Assembly: GCF_036170395.1 (NCBI RefSeq)
Contig: NZ_JAVHPD010000012.1
Span: 13,337-77,336, forward strand
Direction: 5' to 3'
From: Sphingobium sp.
Lineage (GTDB): Bacteria; Pseudomonadota; Alphaproteobacteria; Sphingomonadales; Sphingomonadaceae
DNA: 64,000 nt
In this document: positions 42,249 to 51,801 of the stretch, piece after piece
How the letters are laid out: each line of letters opens with the position of its first letter
Position numbering within the stretch: the first letter of the stretch is position 1
Position numbers and translations under genes: made by a program
Notes under the pieces: generated by a model
Seen by the model: only the letters and a program-made list of their open reading frames with translations
Databases searched by the model: none
What the model was told of the DNA's origin: nothing

Positions 42249-42462
42249 GCCACTCTGCCGGTCGGGGACAGGGCGGCCTAGCATGACGGCGGCGCAAGGT
42301 GAAGGATGCGGGGCTGCGGGCCGATTGCGGCGAAGGCGGCCGGGTCGCGGCTGGGAGCGGCGCTTTTCGAGATAATCGAACGGTGCGGCGGATATTCGCC
42401 GGATGGCGGAGCGAAGGGCGGGCGCCTAAACTGCCAGGACATGCACATGCAAGGAGTTGCTC

Positions 42463-43161
42463 ATGGCCGACGCCCAAGCCCCCGCCTCGCCCCTCCCCTG
42501 GCTGCTGCTGCTCCTCTCCTTCGTCACCGGCCTGGTCGATGCGGCGAGCGTGCTCGGCCTGGGCAAGGTGTTCACCGCCAATATGACCGGCAATATCGTC
42601 TTTCTGGGCTTTGGCGTGGTGGGAACGCCGGGCTTTGCGATATGGCCCTTCCTGGTGGCGATAGCCGCCTTCCTGATCGGCGCCCTGCCCGCGGGCTATA
42701 CAGGCCGGCGGCTGAGCGCGCGACCGTTGCGCCGGTGGCTGACGATCGCGGCGCTGGTCGAGGCCGCGTTGCTCTGGGCCGCCGCGGGCGTCGCGGCCTG
42801 GACCGGCAGCGTTGCGCCGCAGGGCAGCGCGTTATATGCGATCATCGCGCTGACGGCGGTCGCCATGGGCTTTCGCAATGCGACTATCCGGCAGTTGAAG
42901 GTGCCGGACCTGACCACCACCGTGCTGACGCTGACCATCACCGGCATCGCCGCCGATTCCCGGCTGGCCGGCGGGACCGGCGCGAACCTCGCGCGGCGGA
43001 TCGGTAGCGTGCTCACCATCTTCCTGGGCGCCGCGGCCGGGGCGACGATGCTGATGCGCTACGGGCTGGCCGCGCCGCTGGCGCTGGCGGGCGCGCTGGT
43101 CTTGCTGGGCACATTGGCCTGCATGGCGCACCCCGCCGCGCGCGATATGCGGGCGGGGTGA
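42463..43161 (+). CDS. YoaK/DUF1275 family membrane protein
   Basis: GLVDA, FTANMTGN, AMGFRNA and TTVLT motifs. Confidence 0.85.
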   Translation: MADAQAPASPLPWLLLLLSFVTGLVDAASVLGLGKVFTANMTGNIVFLGFGVVGTPGFAIWPFLVAIAAFLIGALPAGYTGRRLSARPLRRWLTIAALVEAALLWAAAGVAAWTGSVAPQGSALYAIIALTAVAMGFRNATIRQLKVPDLTTTVLTLTITGIAADSRLAGGTGANLARRIGSVLTIFLGAAAGATMLMRYGLAAPLALAGALVLLGTLACMAHPAARDMRAG

Positions 43162-43166
43162 GCCAA

Positions 43167-44948
43167 TTAGAGTGGGGCGCAGGCGGCGGTCAGCCAGTCG
43201 CGCGCGTCGCCATCGAGTTGGGGGCTGACTATGGCCAGCACCTGGGCATGATAGGCGTCGATCCAGCCGCGCTCTTCCGGGCTCAGCAGATCGACGGCGA
43301 TCAGCGCGCGGTCGATGGGCGCGAAGGTCAGCGTCTCGAAGCCGAGCATCTCCTTTTCCGCGCCGGGAATGGGGCGATCCTCCACCAGCACCAGATTTTC
43401 GATGCGGATGCCATATTCGCCGGTCTTGTAATAGCCGGGCTCATTGGAGAGGATCATGCCCGCCGCGAGCGGCTCGTCGCCGCCCCCGAAGGTGGCGATG
43501 CGCTGCGGCCCTTCATGCACCGACAGGAAGCTGCCGACGCCGTGGCCGGTGCCATGGGCATAATCCAGCCCCTCGGCCCAGAGATATTGGCGCGCCAGCA
43601 GATCGAGCTGGCCGCCGCGCGTGCCCTTCGGGAAAACCGCGCGGGCGAGCGCGACATGGCCCTTGAGGACCAGAGTGAAGCGGCGGCGCATCTCGTCGGT
43701 CGGCGTGCCGATGGCGATGGTGCGGGTGACGTCGGTGGTGCCGTCGCGATATTGGCCGCCTGAATCGACCAGGTAGAGGCTGCCCGTTTCGATCGGCCGG
43801 TTGGTCTTTTCCTCGACCCGATAGTGGACGACCGCGCCGTTCGGCCCCGCGCCGCTGATCGTGTCGAAGGACAGATCCTCCAGCAGGCCGGTTTCCTTGC
43901 GGAACGCCTCCAGCCGGTCGGCGGCGGCGATTTCGGTAAGGCCGCCCCTGGGCGCTTCGGCGGCGATCCAGTGGAGGAAGCGGCTCAGGGCCGCGCCATC
44001 GCGCGCCTGCGCCGCCTTGTGGCCGGCGATCTCGGTGCCGTTCTTGATCGCCTTGGGCAGGACAGCGGGATCACGCAGCGGGAGGATGGTCGCGCCGGCC
44101 TGCTCCAGCGCCTCGAAAATGGCGGCGACGGCGCGCTCGGGATCGGCGACGACGGTCTTGCCGGCAAGGTCGGCGAGCGCATCGGCGAAGGCGGCGCGGT
44201 CGTGGATGCGGACAGCATTGCCGAGATGCTGGGCGACTGCCTCGTCCATCTTCTCCGGCGCGACATAGAGGTCGGCGGTCGCGTCGGCATGGACGATGGC
44301 ATAGGCCAGCGCGACGGGCGTGCGATCGACATCCTTGCCGCGAATGTTGAAGGTCCAGGCGATCGAATCGAGCGCGGAGAGGATGGCGGCGTCGGCCTTC
44401 TTCCCGGTCAGCCAGTCGGCCATTTCGGCGCGCTTTTCCGCCGCGCTGCGGCCGGCGAAGCGATCGTCATGGACGACGAGCTTGGCGCTGCTGGGCGCCG
44501 GGCGATCGGGCCAGATGGCGTCGATGGGGTTGGTATCGACCGCGACCAGCTCAGCGCCCTTTTCCGCCAGCGCTTCGGTCGCCTGTTTGACCCAGCTGCT
44601 TGTATGAAGCCACGGATCGTAGCCGATCCGCGCGCCCTGCCCGGCATGGTCCTTCAGCCAGGCGGCGATCGAGGTCTGCGGCACGCTTTGATATTGCCAG
44701 TGCGCCCCGTCCACCTGCTCGCGCACCTGAAGCGTATAGCGCCCGTCGACGAAGATCGCGGCGTCCTCCGGCAGCACCACCGCGCTGCCCGCCGACCCCT
44801 GAAACCCCGTCAGCCAGGCGAGCCGCTGCGCATAGGCGCCGACATATTCGCTCATATGCTCGTCGGTCAGCGGCACCACGAAGCCGTCGAGCTTCTGCCG
44901 CACGAGTTGCGCGCGCAGCGCCTTCAGACGGTCTTCATAACTGGACAT
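43167..44948 (-). CDS. Aminopeptidase P family protein (M24B)
   Basis: DEHMSEY, FVDGRY, DSGGQY.DGTTDVTRT, HGTGHGVG and NEPGYY...GIRIEN. Confidence 0.93.
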   Translation of the reverse strand: MSSYEDRLKALRAQLVRQKLDGFVVPLTDEHMSEYVGAYAQRLAWLTGFQGSAGSAVVLPEDAAIFVDGRYTLQVREQVDGAHWQYQSVPQTSIAAWLKDHAGQGARIGYDPWLHTSSWVKQATEALAEKGAELVAVDTNPIDAIWPDRPAPSSAKLVVHDDRFAGRSAAEKRAEMADWLTGKKADAAILSALDSIAWTFNIRGKDVDRTPVALAYAIVHADATADLYVAPEKMDEAVAQHLGNAVRIHDRAAFADALADLAGKTVVADPERAVAAIFEALEQAGATILPLRDPAVLPKAIKNGTEIAGHKAAQARDGAALSRFLHWIAAEAPRGGLTEIAAADRLEAFRKETGLLEDLSFDTISGAGPNGAVVHYRVEEKTNRPIETGSLYLVDSGGQYRDGTTDVTRTIAIGTPTDEMRRRFTLVLKGHVALARAVFPKGTRGGQLDLLARQYLWAEGLDYAHGTGHGVGSFLSVHEGPQRIATFGGGDEPLAAGMILSNEPGYYKTGEYGIRIENLVLVEDRPIPGAEKEMLGFETLTFAPIDRALIAVDLLSPEERGWIDAYHAQVLAIVSPQLDGDARDWLTAACAPL

Positions 44949-45057
44949 CAAAATTTCCCTGGATTCAATCGGCCCTTGCACAGGGCATGAAGGCGACAAC
45001 ATAGAGAAGGCCGAGCGCTTATGCCAGCGCATCGCCCCGTCTAGCCATGGATAGTGA

Positions 45058-47118
45058 ATGACCGATCAAAGCCTGCCCCCCGTTGCCGAGCGCCGCCCGC
45101 ATAGTTTCACGCGCCACGGCGTCACGATCGAAGACCCGTGGGCGTGGCTGCGCGACCCTGGCTATCCCGAGGTCAAGGACAAGGACATACTCGCCTATCT
45201 GGAGGCGGAGAATCGCTGGTTCGAGCGGGCGATGGAACCACGCAAGCCGCTGATCGACGCGCTGTTCCAGGAGATGAAGGGCCGCATCAAGGAGGATGAC
45301 AGCTCGGTCCCGCAGAAGGATGGCGACTATATCTACTGGCGCGCGTTCGAGAAGGGCGCGCAATATCGCAAATGGTATCGCAAGCCCGCAAGCGGCGGGC
45401 CGGACCAGCTCATCCTGGACGAGCCGGCGCTGGCGGAAGGGCGTGACTATTTCCGCCTGGGCGCGATGTCGGTCAGCCCCGACGGGCGCTACCTCGCCTA
45501 TGCGATCGACACCGACGGGTCGGAGCGGTTCGAGGCGCGGATCAAGGATCTGTTTTCGGGCGAGATACTGCCCGAGGTGATCCCCGATACGCTCTCCTCG
45601 CTGGTATGGACGTCAAACAGCAAGGGGCTGCTCTACGGCCTCGCCAACGACAATTGGCGGACGGACAATGCGCGGCTGCACTGGCTGGGGCAGGATGTGG
45701 CGAGCGACGTCGAGCTGTTCCACGAGGATGACGAGGGGTTCCGCGTCTCGATCGGCCTCACGTCCTCGGAGAAATGGATCGTCATCGCGACCGGCGACCA
45801 TGTGACGAGCGAGGCGTGGCTGGTGCCGGCCGATGATCCCACCGCGACGCCCTTGCTCGTATCGGCGCGGCAGGCGGGGCGCGAATATGATGTCGATGAG
45901 CATGAGGGCACGCTCTACATCCGCACCAACGACGCCCATCCCAATTTCCGGCTGGTGAAGGCGTCGCTCGACACGCCGGGGGAGTGGCAGGAAGTGATCG
46001 CGCCGGACGCGCATTTCTACCTGACCGATTTCACCCTGTTCAAGCGCTTCTACGTCACCGAAGGGCGGCAGGACGGGCTCGACCAGATCGAACTGCGCGA
46101 TTATGCGACGCACGCGGCCAAGCGCATCCCGTTCCCGGAAGCGAGCTATTCGGCGAGTCTTGACGACAATCCCGAATATGACGTGACGAAACTCCGCATC
46201 GGCTATGAGTCGATGGTCACGCCCGATACGATCTACGACTATCATCTGGAGACCGGCGCGCTCGAAGTGCTGAAGGTCCAGGAGATACCCTCGGGCTATG
46301 ACGCCAGCCTTTATGCGACCGAGCGGCTGATGATCCCGGCGCGGGACGGGACGCCGATTCCGGTGTCGATCGTCTATCCCAAGGACTTGCCGCGCGACGG
46401 GAGCGCACCGCTGCATCTCTATGGCTATGGCGCCTATGGCATCGCGATGGAGCCGGGCTTTTCGACCAGCCGGCTCTCGTTGCTCGACCGCGGCTTCGCC
46501 TTCGCGCTCGCGCACATCCGGGGCGGGGACGATCTTGGCCAGCAATGGTATCTGGACGGGAAACTCGACAAGCGAACCAATACGTTCACCGACTTTGTCG
46601 ATGTGGCGAAGGGATTGATCGAGCGCGGCTATACGGCGAAGGGCCGGATCAGCATTTCGGGCGGATCGGCCGGCGGGGAATTGATGGGCGCGGTCGCCAA
46701 CAGCGATCCCGACCTGTGGGGCGCGGTGGTGGCGCATGTGCCCTTCGTCGATGTGCTCAACACCATGCTCGACGAGAGCCTGCCGCTGACGCCGGGCGAA
46801 TGGCCGGAATGGGGCAATCCCATCGAGGACGAAGCGGCGTTCCGCACCATCCTGTCCTACGACCCGTACAATAATGTGCGCGCGCAGGACTATCCGCCGC
46901 TGCTGGTGACGGCGGGCCTCAACGATCCGCGCGTCACTTACTGGGAGCCGGCCAAATGGGTGGCGCGTCTGCGCGCGACCAAGACGGATGGCAACATGCT
47001 GCTGCTCAAGACCAATATGGGCGCGGGCCATGGCGGCAAGTCGGGGCGGTTCGAGAGCCTGCATGAAACGGCGGAGGAATTCGCCTTCATCCTGTGGCAG
47101 CTGGGGCTGGCGAACTGA
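45058..47118 (+). CDS. ptrB: Oligopeptidase B (S9A)
   Basis: YGYGAYG, AHIRGG, GGSAGG nucleophile, GLNDPRV.YWEP and GHGG. Confidence 0.92.
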   Translation: MTDQSLPPVAERRPHSFTRHGVTIEDPWAWLRDPGYPEVKDKDILAYLEAENRWFERAMEPRKPLIDALFQEMKGRIKEDDSSVPQKDGDYIYWRAFEKGAQYRKWYRKPASGGPDQLILDEPALAEGRDYFRLGAMSVSPDGRYLAYAIDTDGSERFEARIKDLFSGEILPEVIPDTLSSLVWTSNSKGLLYGLANDNWRTDNARLHWLGQDVASDVELFHEDDEGFRVSIGLTSSEKWIVIATGDHVTSEAWLVPADDPTATPLLVSARQAGREYDVDEHEGTLYIRTNDAHPNFRLVKASLDTPGEWQEVIAPDAHFYLTDFTLFKRFYVTEGRQDGLDQIELRDYATHAAKRIPFPEASYSASLDDNPEYDVTKLRIGYESMVTPDTIYDYHLETGALEVLKVQEIPSGYDASLYATERLMIPARDGTPIPVSIVYPKDLPRDGSAPLHLYGYGAYGIAMEPGFSTSRLSLLDRGFAFALAHIRGGDDLGQQWYLDGKLDKRTNTFTDFVDVAKGLIERGYTAKGRISISGGSAGGELMGAVANSDPDLWGAVVAHVPFVDVLNTMLDESLPLTPGEWPEWGNPIEDEAAFRTILSYDPYNNVRAQDYPPLLVTAGLNDPRVTYWEPAKWVARLRATKTDGNMLLLKTNMGAGHGGKSGRFESLHETAEEFAFILWQLGLAN

Positions 47119-47519
47119 TGGCGGCGAGCTTCACCAAGGATATCACCGCGCTCCCTGAGCATATCGACGAACTCGGCCATGTGAACAATGCGGTGTGGGT
47201 GCAGTGGATGGAGCAGGTGTCGGTCGAGCATTGGCGGCGCGACGCCGATCTGGCGCATGTCGACGCCTATATCTGGGTCGTGACGCGGCACGAGATCGAC
47301 TATCGCGGCAATGTGACCGAAGGCGAGACGGTGACGGCGCGGACCTGGATCCCCGAGCCGCCGCGTGGCGCGCGATTCGACCGGCTGATCGAATTTACGG
47401 GACCCGACGGCAAGGTGAAGGTCGCGGCGCGATCGACCTGGGCGATGATCGACAAGCAAAGCGGGCGGCTGATGCGGGTTCCGGCAGATGTCGCCGCTCC
47501 TTTCCTGAACCTCAGATAA
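47118..47519 (+). CDS. Acyl-CoA thioesterase (hotdog fold)
   Basis: HIDELGHVNNAVWVQW. Coupled to the ptrB stop (TGATG). Confidence 0.88.
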   Translation: MAASFTKDITALPEHIDELGHVNNAVWVQWMEQVSVEHWRRDADLAHVDAYIWVVTRHEIDYRGNVTEGETVTARTWIPEPPRGARFDRLIEFTGPDGKVKVAARSTWAMIDKQSGRLMRVPADVAAPFLNLR

Positions 47520-47581
47520 AGGAACCCTAAGACAAAGGCGCACGTTTCTCCGGCCGTCATCACCAATGACAGGAGAGAAAC

Positions 47582-48199
47582 ATGAAGAATATCTTCGGGT
47601 CCACCATGGGCGGCCTGCTCGCCGCCTCCGCTCTTGCCCTGACCGTCACGCCGGCTTTTGCGGGCGACGAGGAACGCGCGCTCGCCGCCATCGCCCAAGC
47701 GCAGGGCAAGCTGGATGCGGCGAGCCGGATCAACGCCTCGCCCGAACTCATCGCCCGCGCCCAGGCGTCGCTGCGGCTCGCCAAGGAGCAGTATCAGAGC
47801 GGCAAGGAACAGAAGGCGATCGCCTCCGCGCTCGACGCGCAGCAGGCGGCCGACACCGCCATCGGTGAGAGCAAGCAGAGCGCCGACATGAGCGCGCAGG
47901 TGCAGACCGAGGCCACCTTGAGCGCGCAGCAGCAGGCTGACGCCGCCAATGCCCGCGCCGCCGCTGCCGAACAGGCTGCCGCTTCGGCCGCCGCCGATGC
48001 CGCCGCCGCCCGGAACGCCGCCGCTGTGGCCGCCGCCCGCCCCGCCACCACCACGGTGACGACCGAGACGGTCAAGACGGCGGCCGCTACGCCGCGCCGC
48101 ACCGCCGCGCCCCGCAAGATCGTCCGCAAGACGACCACGGCTGCGCCGCGCACCGCCGTCGCCGAGCAGACCACCACGACGGTCACGACGCAGAACTGA
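47582..48199 (+). CDS. Hypothetical secreted Ala/Thr-rich helical protein
   Basis: GGAG RBS, signal peptide (..TPAFA) and a low-complexity tail. Confidence 0.75.
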   Translation: MKNIFGSTMGGLLAASALALTVTPAFAGDEERALAAIAQAQGKLDAASRINASPELIARAQASLRLAKEQYQSGKEQKAIASALDAQQAADTAIGESKQSADMSAQVQTEATLSAQQQADAANARAAAAEQAAASAAADAAAARNAAAVAAARPATTTVTTETVKTAAATPRRTAAPRKIVRKTTTAAPRTAVAEQTTTTVTTQN

Positions 48200-48206
48200 T
48201 CCCGTC

Positions 48207-48232
48207 CGACGCCCTCCTTCAGGAGGGCGTCG
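48207..48232. terminator. Hairpin between convergent genes, with the ABC transporter stop codon in or next to the loop
   Basis: cgacgccctcc-ttca-ggagggcgtcg. Confidence 0.55.
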
Positions 48233-50066
48233 CGACCTCGAATATATCCTCAACGCCCCTCTCGCTGCGCATGTCGGCCCGCTCGGCCGCCTGCCGCGCC
48301 CACATCATGGCATAAAGCCCATCCCCCTGAACCAGGTCGGCATGGCGCCCGCGCTCCGCGATGCGGCCCTGATCCAGCACGATGATTTCATCCGCATCCA
48401 CCACGGTCGACAGCCGATGCGCGACCACCAATGTCGTGCGCTGGCGGCTGATGTCGCGCAGCACCGTCTGGATTTCGGTTTCGGTGCGGCTGTCGAGGGC
48501 GCTGGTCGCTTCGTCCAGCACCAGCACCGGCGGGTCTTTGAGCAGAGTCCGCGCGATGGCGACGCGCTGCTTTTCGCCGCCCGACAGTTTCAGGCCGCGC
48601 TCGCCGACGCGGGTGTCATAGCCTTGCGGCAGGCTCATGATGAAGTCGTGGATTTGCGCCGCACGCGCCGCCGCCTCGATCTCCGCCTGGCTCGCGCCCT
48701 GCCGGCCATAGGCGATATTGTAGCCGACCGTGTCGTTGAACAGCACCATGTCCTGCGGCACGATGCCGATCGCGGCCCGCAGCGATGCCTGGGTCACGGC
48801 GGCAATATCCTGCCCGTCGATCGTCACTCGCCCACCCTGAATGTCGTAGAAGCGGAAGAGGATGCGGGCGATGGTGGATTTGCCCGCGCCCGATGGCCCT
48901 ACGATCGCCAGCGTCCTGCCCGACGGCACAGTGAAGCTGACGCCGTGGAGGATTTCGCGCTCCGGGTCATAGCCGAAATGCACATCCTCGAACCGCACTT
49001 CGCCGCCCGCCACCGTCAGCGTCGGCGCGCCGGGCGCGTCGGCGATCTCCGCCTGGGTGTCGATCAGCTTGTACATCGCCTCCATGTCGATCAGCCCTTG
49101 TCGGATGGTGCGATAGACCATGCCGAGCAGGTCGAGCGGGCGGAAAAGCTGGCTGAGCAGCGTGTTCACCAGCACGACATCGCCGGTCGAGAATTGCCCC
49201 CGGCTCCAGCCCCAGACGGTATAGGCCATGGCGCCCGCCATCATGAGGTTGGTGATGAGCGACTGGCCGATGTTGAGCCAGGCGAGGCTGTTCTCGCTCT
49301 TCACCGCCGCGCGCGCATAGCGGCGCATGGCGTCGGCGTAGCGATCCGCCTCGCGCTGTTCCGCGCCGAAATATTTGACCGTCTCGAAATTGAGCAGGCT
49401 GTCGACGGCGTGCGCGACCGCGTTGGTGTCCATGTCCACCATGTCGCGGCGCAGTTGGTTGCGCCATTCGGTGACGGTCCGCGTGAACCAGATGTAGAGC
49501 GCGACCATCGCCAGCGTGGCGACGACGATCTCCACCCCGAACTTGACGAGGAAGATGGCGCAGACCGCCGCCAGCTCCAGCACCGTGGGGGCGATGTTGA
49601 AGAGCAGGAAATAGAGCATCGTGTCGATGCTTTTCGTGCCGCGCTCGACGATCTTCGTGACCGCGCCGGTGCGCCGGTCGAGATGGAAGCGCAGCGAGAG
49701 GCGATGAAGGTGGACGAACACATCGTCGGAGAGGCGACGGCCGGCCTCCTGCCCGACCTTCTCGAAAACCGCGTTGCGGAGATTGTCGAACAGGACGCCG
49801 CCGAAGCGCGCGCCGGCATAAGCGACGACCAGCGCCATGGCGAGACCCGCGGCGGGTTCGAGGCCCGGCGCCATCCGGTCCACCGCCGCCTTGTAGGCGA
49901 AGGGCATGAGCAAAGTCACCGCCTTCGCCAGCAGGACGCAGCTCATGGCAAGCACCACGCGGCGGCGTAAGGCGGGCGCATCCGCCGGCCAGAGATAGGG
50001 CAGGAAGCGGCGGAGCGTCTGCCAGATGGGCGGCAGCGGCGTGGCGTCGGGTGTCGAAGGCGGCAT
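48219..50066 (-). CDS. atm1: Atm1-type ABC transporter (fused TMD-NBD)
   Basis: LSLRFHLDRRTG, DSLLNFETVKYF, GPSGAGKST, LSGGEKQR and LDEATSALD. Confidence 0.88.
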   Translation of the reverse strand: MPPSTPDATPLPPIWQTLRRFLPYLWPADAPALRRRVVLAMSCVLLAKAVTLLMPFAYKAAVDRMAPGLEPAAGLAMALVVAYAGARFGGVLFDNLRNAVFEKVGQEAGRRLSDDVFVHLHRLSLRFHLDRRTGAVTKIVERGTKSIDTMLYFLLFNIAPTVLELAAVCAIFLVKFGVEIVVATLAMVALYIWFTRTVTEWRNQLRRDMVDMDTNAVAHAVDSLLNFETVKYFGAEQREADRYADAMRRYARAAVKSENSLAWLNIGQSLITNLMMAGAMAYTVWGWSRGQFSTGDVVLVNTLLSQLFRPLDLLGMVYRTIRQGLIDMEAMYKLIDTQAEIADAPGAPTLTVAGGEVRFEDVHFGYDPEREILHGVSFTVPSGRTLAIVGPSGAGKSTIARILFRFYDIQGGRVTIDGQDIAAVTQASLRAAIGIVPQDMVLFNDTVGYNIAYGRQGASQAEIEAAARAAQIHDFIMSLPQGYDTRVGERGLKLSGGEKQRVAIARTLLKDPPVLVLDEATSALDSRTETEIQTVLRDISRQRTTLVVAHRLSTVVDADEIIVLDQGRIAERGRHADLVQGDGLYAMMWARQAAERADMRSERGVEDIFEVATPS

Positions 50067-50225
50067 GGGTTCCATGTAGGGATTTGTCGGGTTTGTTACA
50101 GCAGGCTTTTGGGGTAGGGATCGGCCCGTGCGAAGTTCACACCGTGGCGCACGCTTTTCGATGCGAAGCGCTCGCTTCGCGCTCGCGACGCGCCTGTCAC
50201 GCGCCACGGACGCGTCCCCGACGCC

Positions 50226-50537
50226 TCACCCAAGCGCCCCCTCTCCGGCGCAGCGATCGACGATGGCGGCGGCCATCGCCTGAAGCGCGAGCGGATGAGC
50301 GCAATAATGATCGTACATCGCCAGCGCTTCATCCCAATTGGCGTCGAACTGCGTATCGGCGAGGCGGCGGCGCAGCCGGTGTGCGCTGGACGGCGACATG
50401 CCGACCGCGCGCGCGGCATGGCGCACGCTGCCGCTCTGCATCAGCGCAGCGAGAAAGCGGGCCTGGAGGGCGGGCGTCCAGTGGCCGCGTTTGGCGGGCC
50501 GGGGACGGGGCGGATTGGGGTGGGGGTTCTGGTCCAT
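50226..50537 (-). CDS. Hypothetical small HTH-like protein
   Basis: WTPALQARFLAAL..SGSVRHAARAVGMSPSSAHRLRRR...F...WDEAL, an HTH-like pattern. Confidence 0.6.
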   Translation of the reverse strand: MDQNPHPNPPRPRPAKRGHWTPALQARFLAALMQSGSVRHAARAVGMSPSSAHRLRRRLADTQFDANWDEALAMYDHYCAHPLALQAMAAAIVDRCAGEGALG

Positions 50538-50565
50538 TTACGAGGGTGGACCAGAGATTTTCCTA

Positions 50566-50970
50566 TTAGGAAAGAGGGTCGGTGAGATGCTGGCGGAACC
50601 AGTCGGCCAGTTCCTCTTCGGAGAGGGTGCCGGCGGCAAAATCCAGCATCGTGCGCGTGGCGTCGGCGGGGTCGAAGCCGATGGCGACCTGGTTCAGCTT
50701 CAGGAACAGGCGCGCGAGAACCCAGCCAGTGCGCTTGTTGCCGTCCACGAAAGGATGGTTGCGAACCACGCCGAACCCATAGGCAGCGGCGAGCGCGCAA
50801 GGATCGTCCTCGCCATAATTCCAGCGATTGATGGGGCGGGCCAGCGCGGATTCCAGCATGGCAAGATCGCGCACGCCCTCGCCGCCGCCATGTTCGGCAA
50901 GCTGGCGATCATGGATGGCGAGCGCGACCTTCCGGTCGATCCAGATCGGCTCCTGCCGGTCTTCGCTCAT
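50566..50970 (-). CDS. doc: Doc/Fic family toxin
   Basis: HPFVDGNKRT Fic/Doc catalytic motif and LESAL.RP. Confidence 0.92.
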   Translation of the reverse strand: MSEDRQEPIWIDRKVALAIHDRQLAEHGGGEGVRDLAMLESALARPINRWNYGEDDPCALAAAYGFGVVRNHPFVDGNKRTGWVLARLFLKLNQVAIGFDPADATRTMLDFAAGTLSEEELADWFRQHLTDPLS

Positions 50971-51198
50971 CTACTTGGCAAGGACGCGCAATATGTCGCG
51001 ATCTTCGCGCATGATCTCCTCGGCCAGCGCCATCTTCGTCTCGAAGTCGGGATCGCCAGCGGTCAGGCGCACGCCTTCCGGCGTTTCGGTGGCATAAAGC
51101 GTGTCGCCCAAGCCGACGCGAAGTTGCGCCAGCAGCTCCTTGGGCAGGATGACGCCGGCGCTGTTGCCGATCCTGGTGATTTTGAGAGGCATGTTCAT
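50971..51198 (-). CDS. AbrB/MazE-fold antitoxin
   Basis: LKITRIGNSAGVILPKE swapped-hairpin motif, abutting doc. Confidence 0.9.
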   Translation of the reverse strand: MNMPLKITRIGNSAGVILPKELLAQLRVGLGDTLYATETPEGVRLTAGDPDFETKMALAEEIMREDRDILRVLAK

Positions 51199-51247
51199 AC
51201 GTGGGTTATAACATGGCGGCTACCTCGGATCAACCATCTTGTAATTT

Positions 51248-51265
51248 CGTACGGAATTTGGTACA
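51248..51265. promoter_or_regulatory. Probable YefM operator: two GTAC-core hexamers 12 bp apart
   Basis: CGTACG (51248-53) and GGTACA (51260-65) just upstream of the yefM ATG. Confidence 0.5.
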
Positions 51266-51273
51266 AGTTCCTC

Positions 51274-51528
51274 ATGCAGACCGTCAGCGTATCCGAAACC
51301 CGCTCCAATCTGAAAGCTGTGCTCGACCGTGTAGTGGCCGACAAGGCGCCGATCCAGATCGTGCGGCCCAAGGGCGAAGGCGTGGTGATGATCGCGGAAA
51401 GCGAGTGGGCCGGGATGCAGGAGACGCTGCACCTGCTGGCCTCGCCCGCGAACGCCAGGCATTTGCTGGAGGGCATTGCGGAGTTGGATGCCGGACTTGG
51501 CGAGGAGCATGAGCTGATCGCGCCGTGA
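51274..51528 (+). CDS. yefM: Phd/YefM family antitoxin
   Basis: MQTVSVSETRSNLKAVLDRV...P..I.R..GEGVVMI..SEW..MQETLHLL.SPANA..LLE.I (read from the 51195-51528 frame). Confidence 0.9.
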   Translation: MQTVSVSETRSNLKAVLDRVVADKAPIQIVRPKGEGVVMIAESEWAGMQETLHLLASPANARHLLEGIAELDAGLGEEHELIAP

Positions 51529-51791
51529 AGATCGTCTTTGGGGCTGAGAGCTGGCGCGACTATGTGGCGTGGCAGGCGGAAGACCCCAAGGTGCTGGAAC
51601 GGATCAACGCGCTGATCGGCGAATGCCTGCGCGATCCGTTTCGCGGCCTGGGCAAGCCCGAACCCTTGCGGCAGAATCTGACCGGCTGGTGGTCACGCCG
51701 CATCACCGGCGAGCATCGGCTGGTCTATCGGGTGAGTGGATCGGGCGACACGCAGGCGCTGGAAGTGCTGAGTTGTCGGTATCATTATTGA
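51525..51791 (+). CDS. yoeB: Txe/YoeB family mRNA interferase toxin
   Basis: W.DY..WQ..D, GLGKPEPL, WSRRIT.EHRLVY and C-terminal RYHY. GTGA overlap with the antitoxin. Confidence 0.93.
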   Translation: MKIVFGAESWRDYVAWQAEDPKVLERINALIGECLRDPFRGLGKPEPLRQNLTGWWSRRITGEHRLVYRVSGSGDTQALEVLSCRYHY

Positions 51792-51801
51792 GGGCATCCG
51801 A

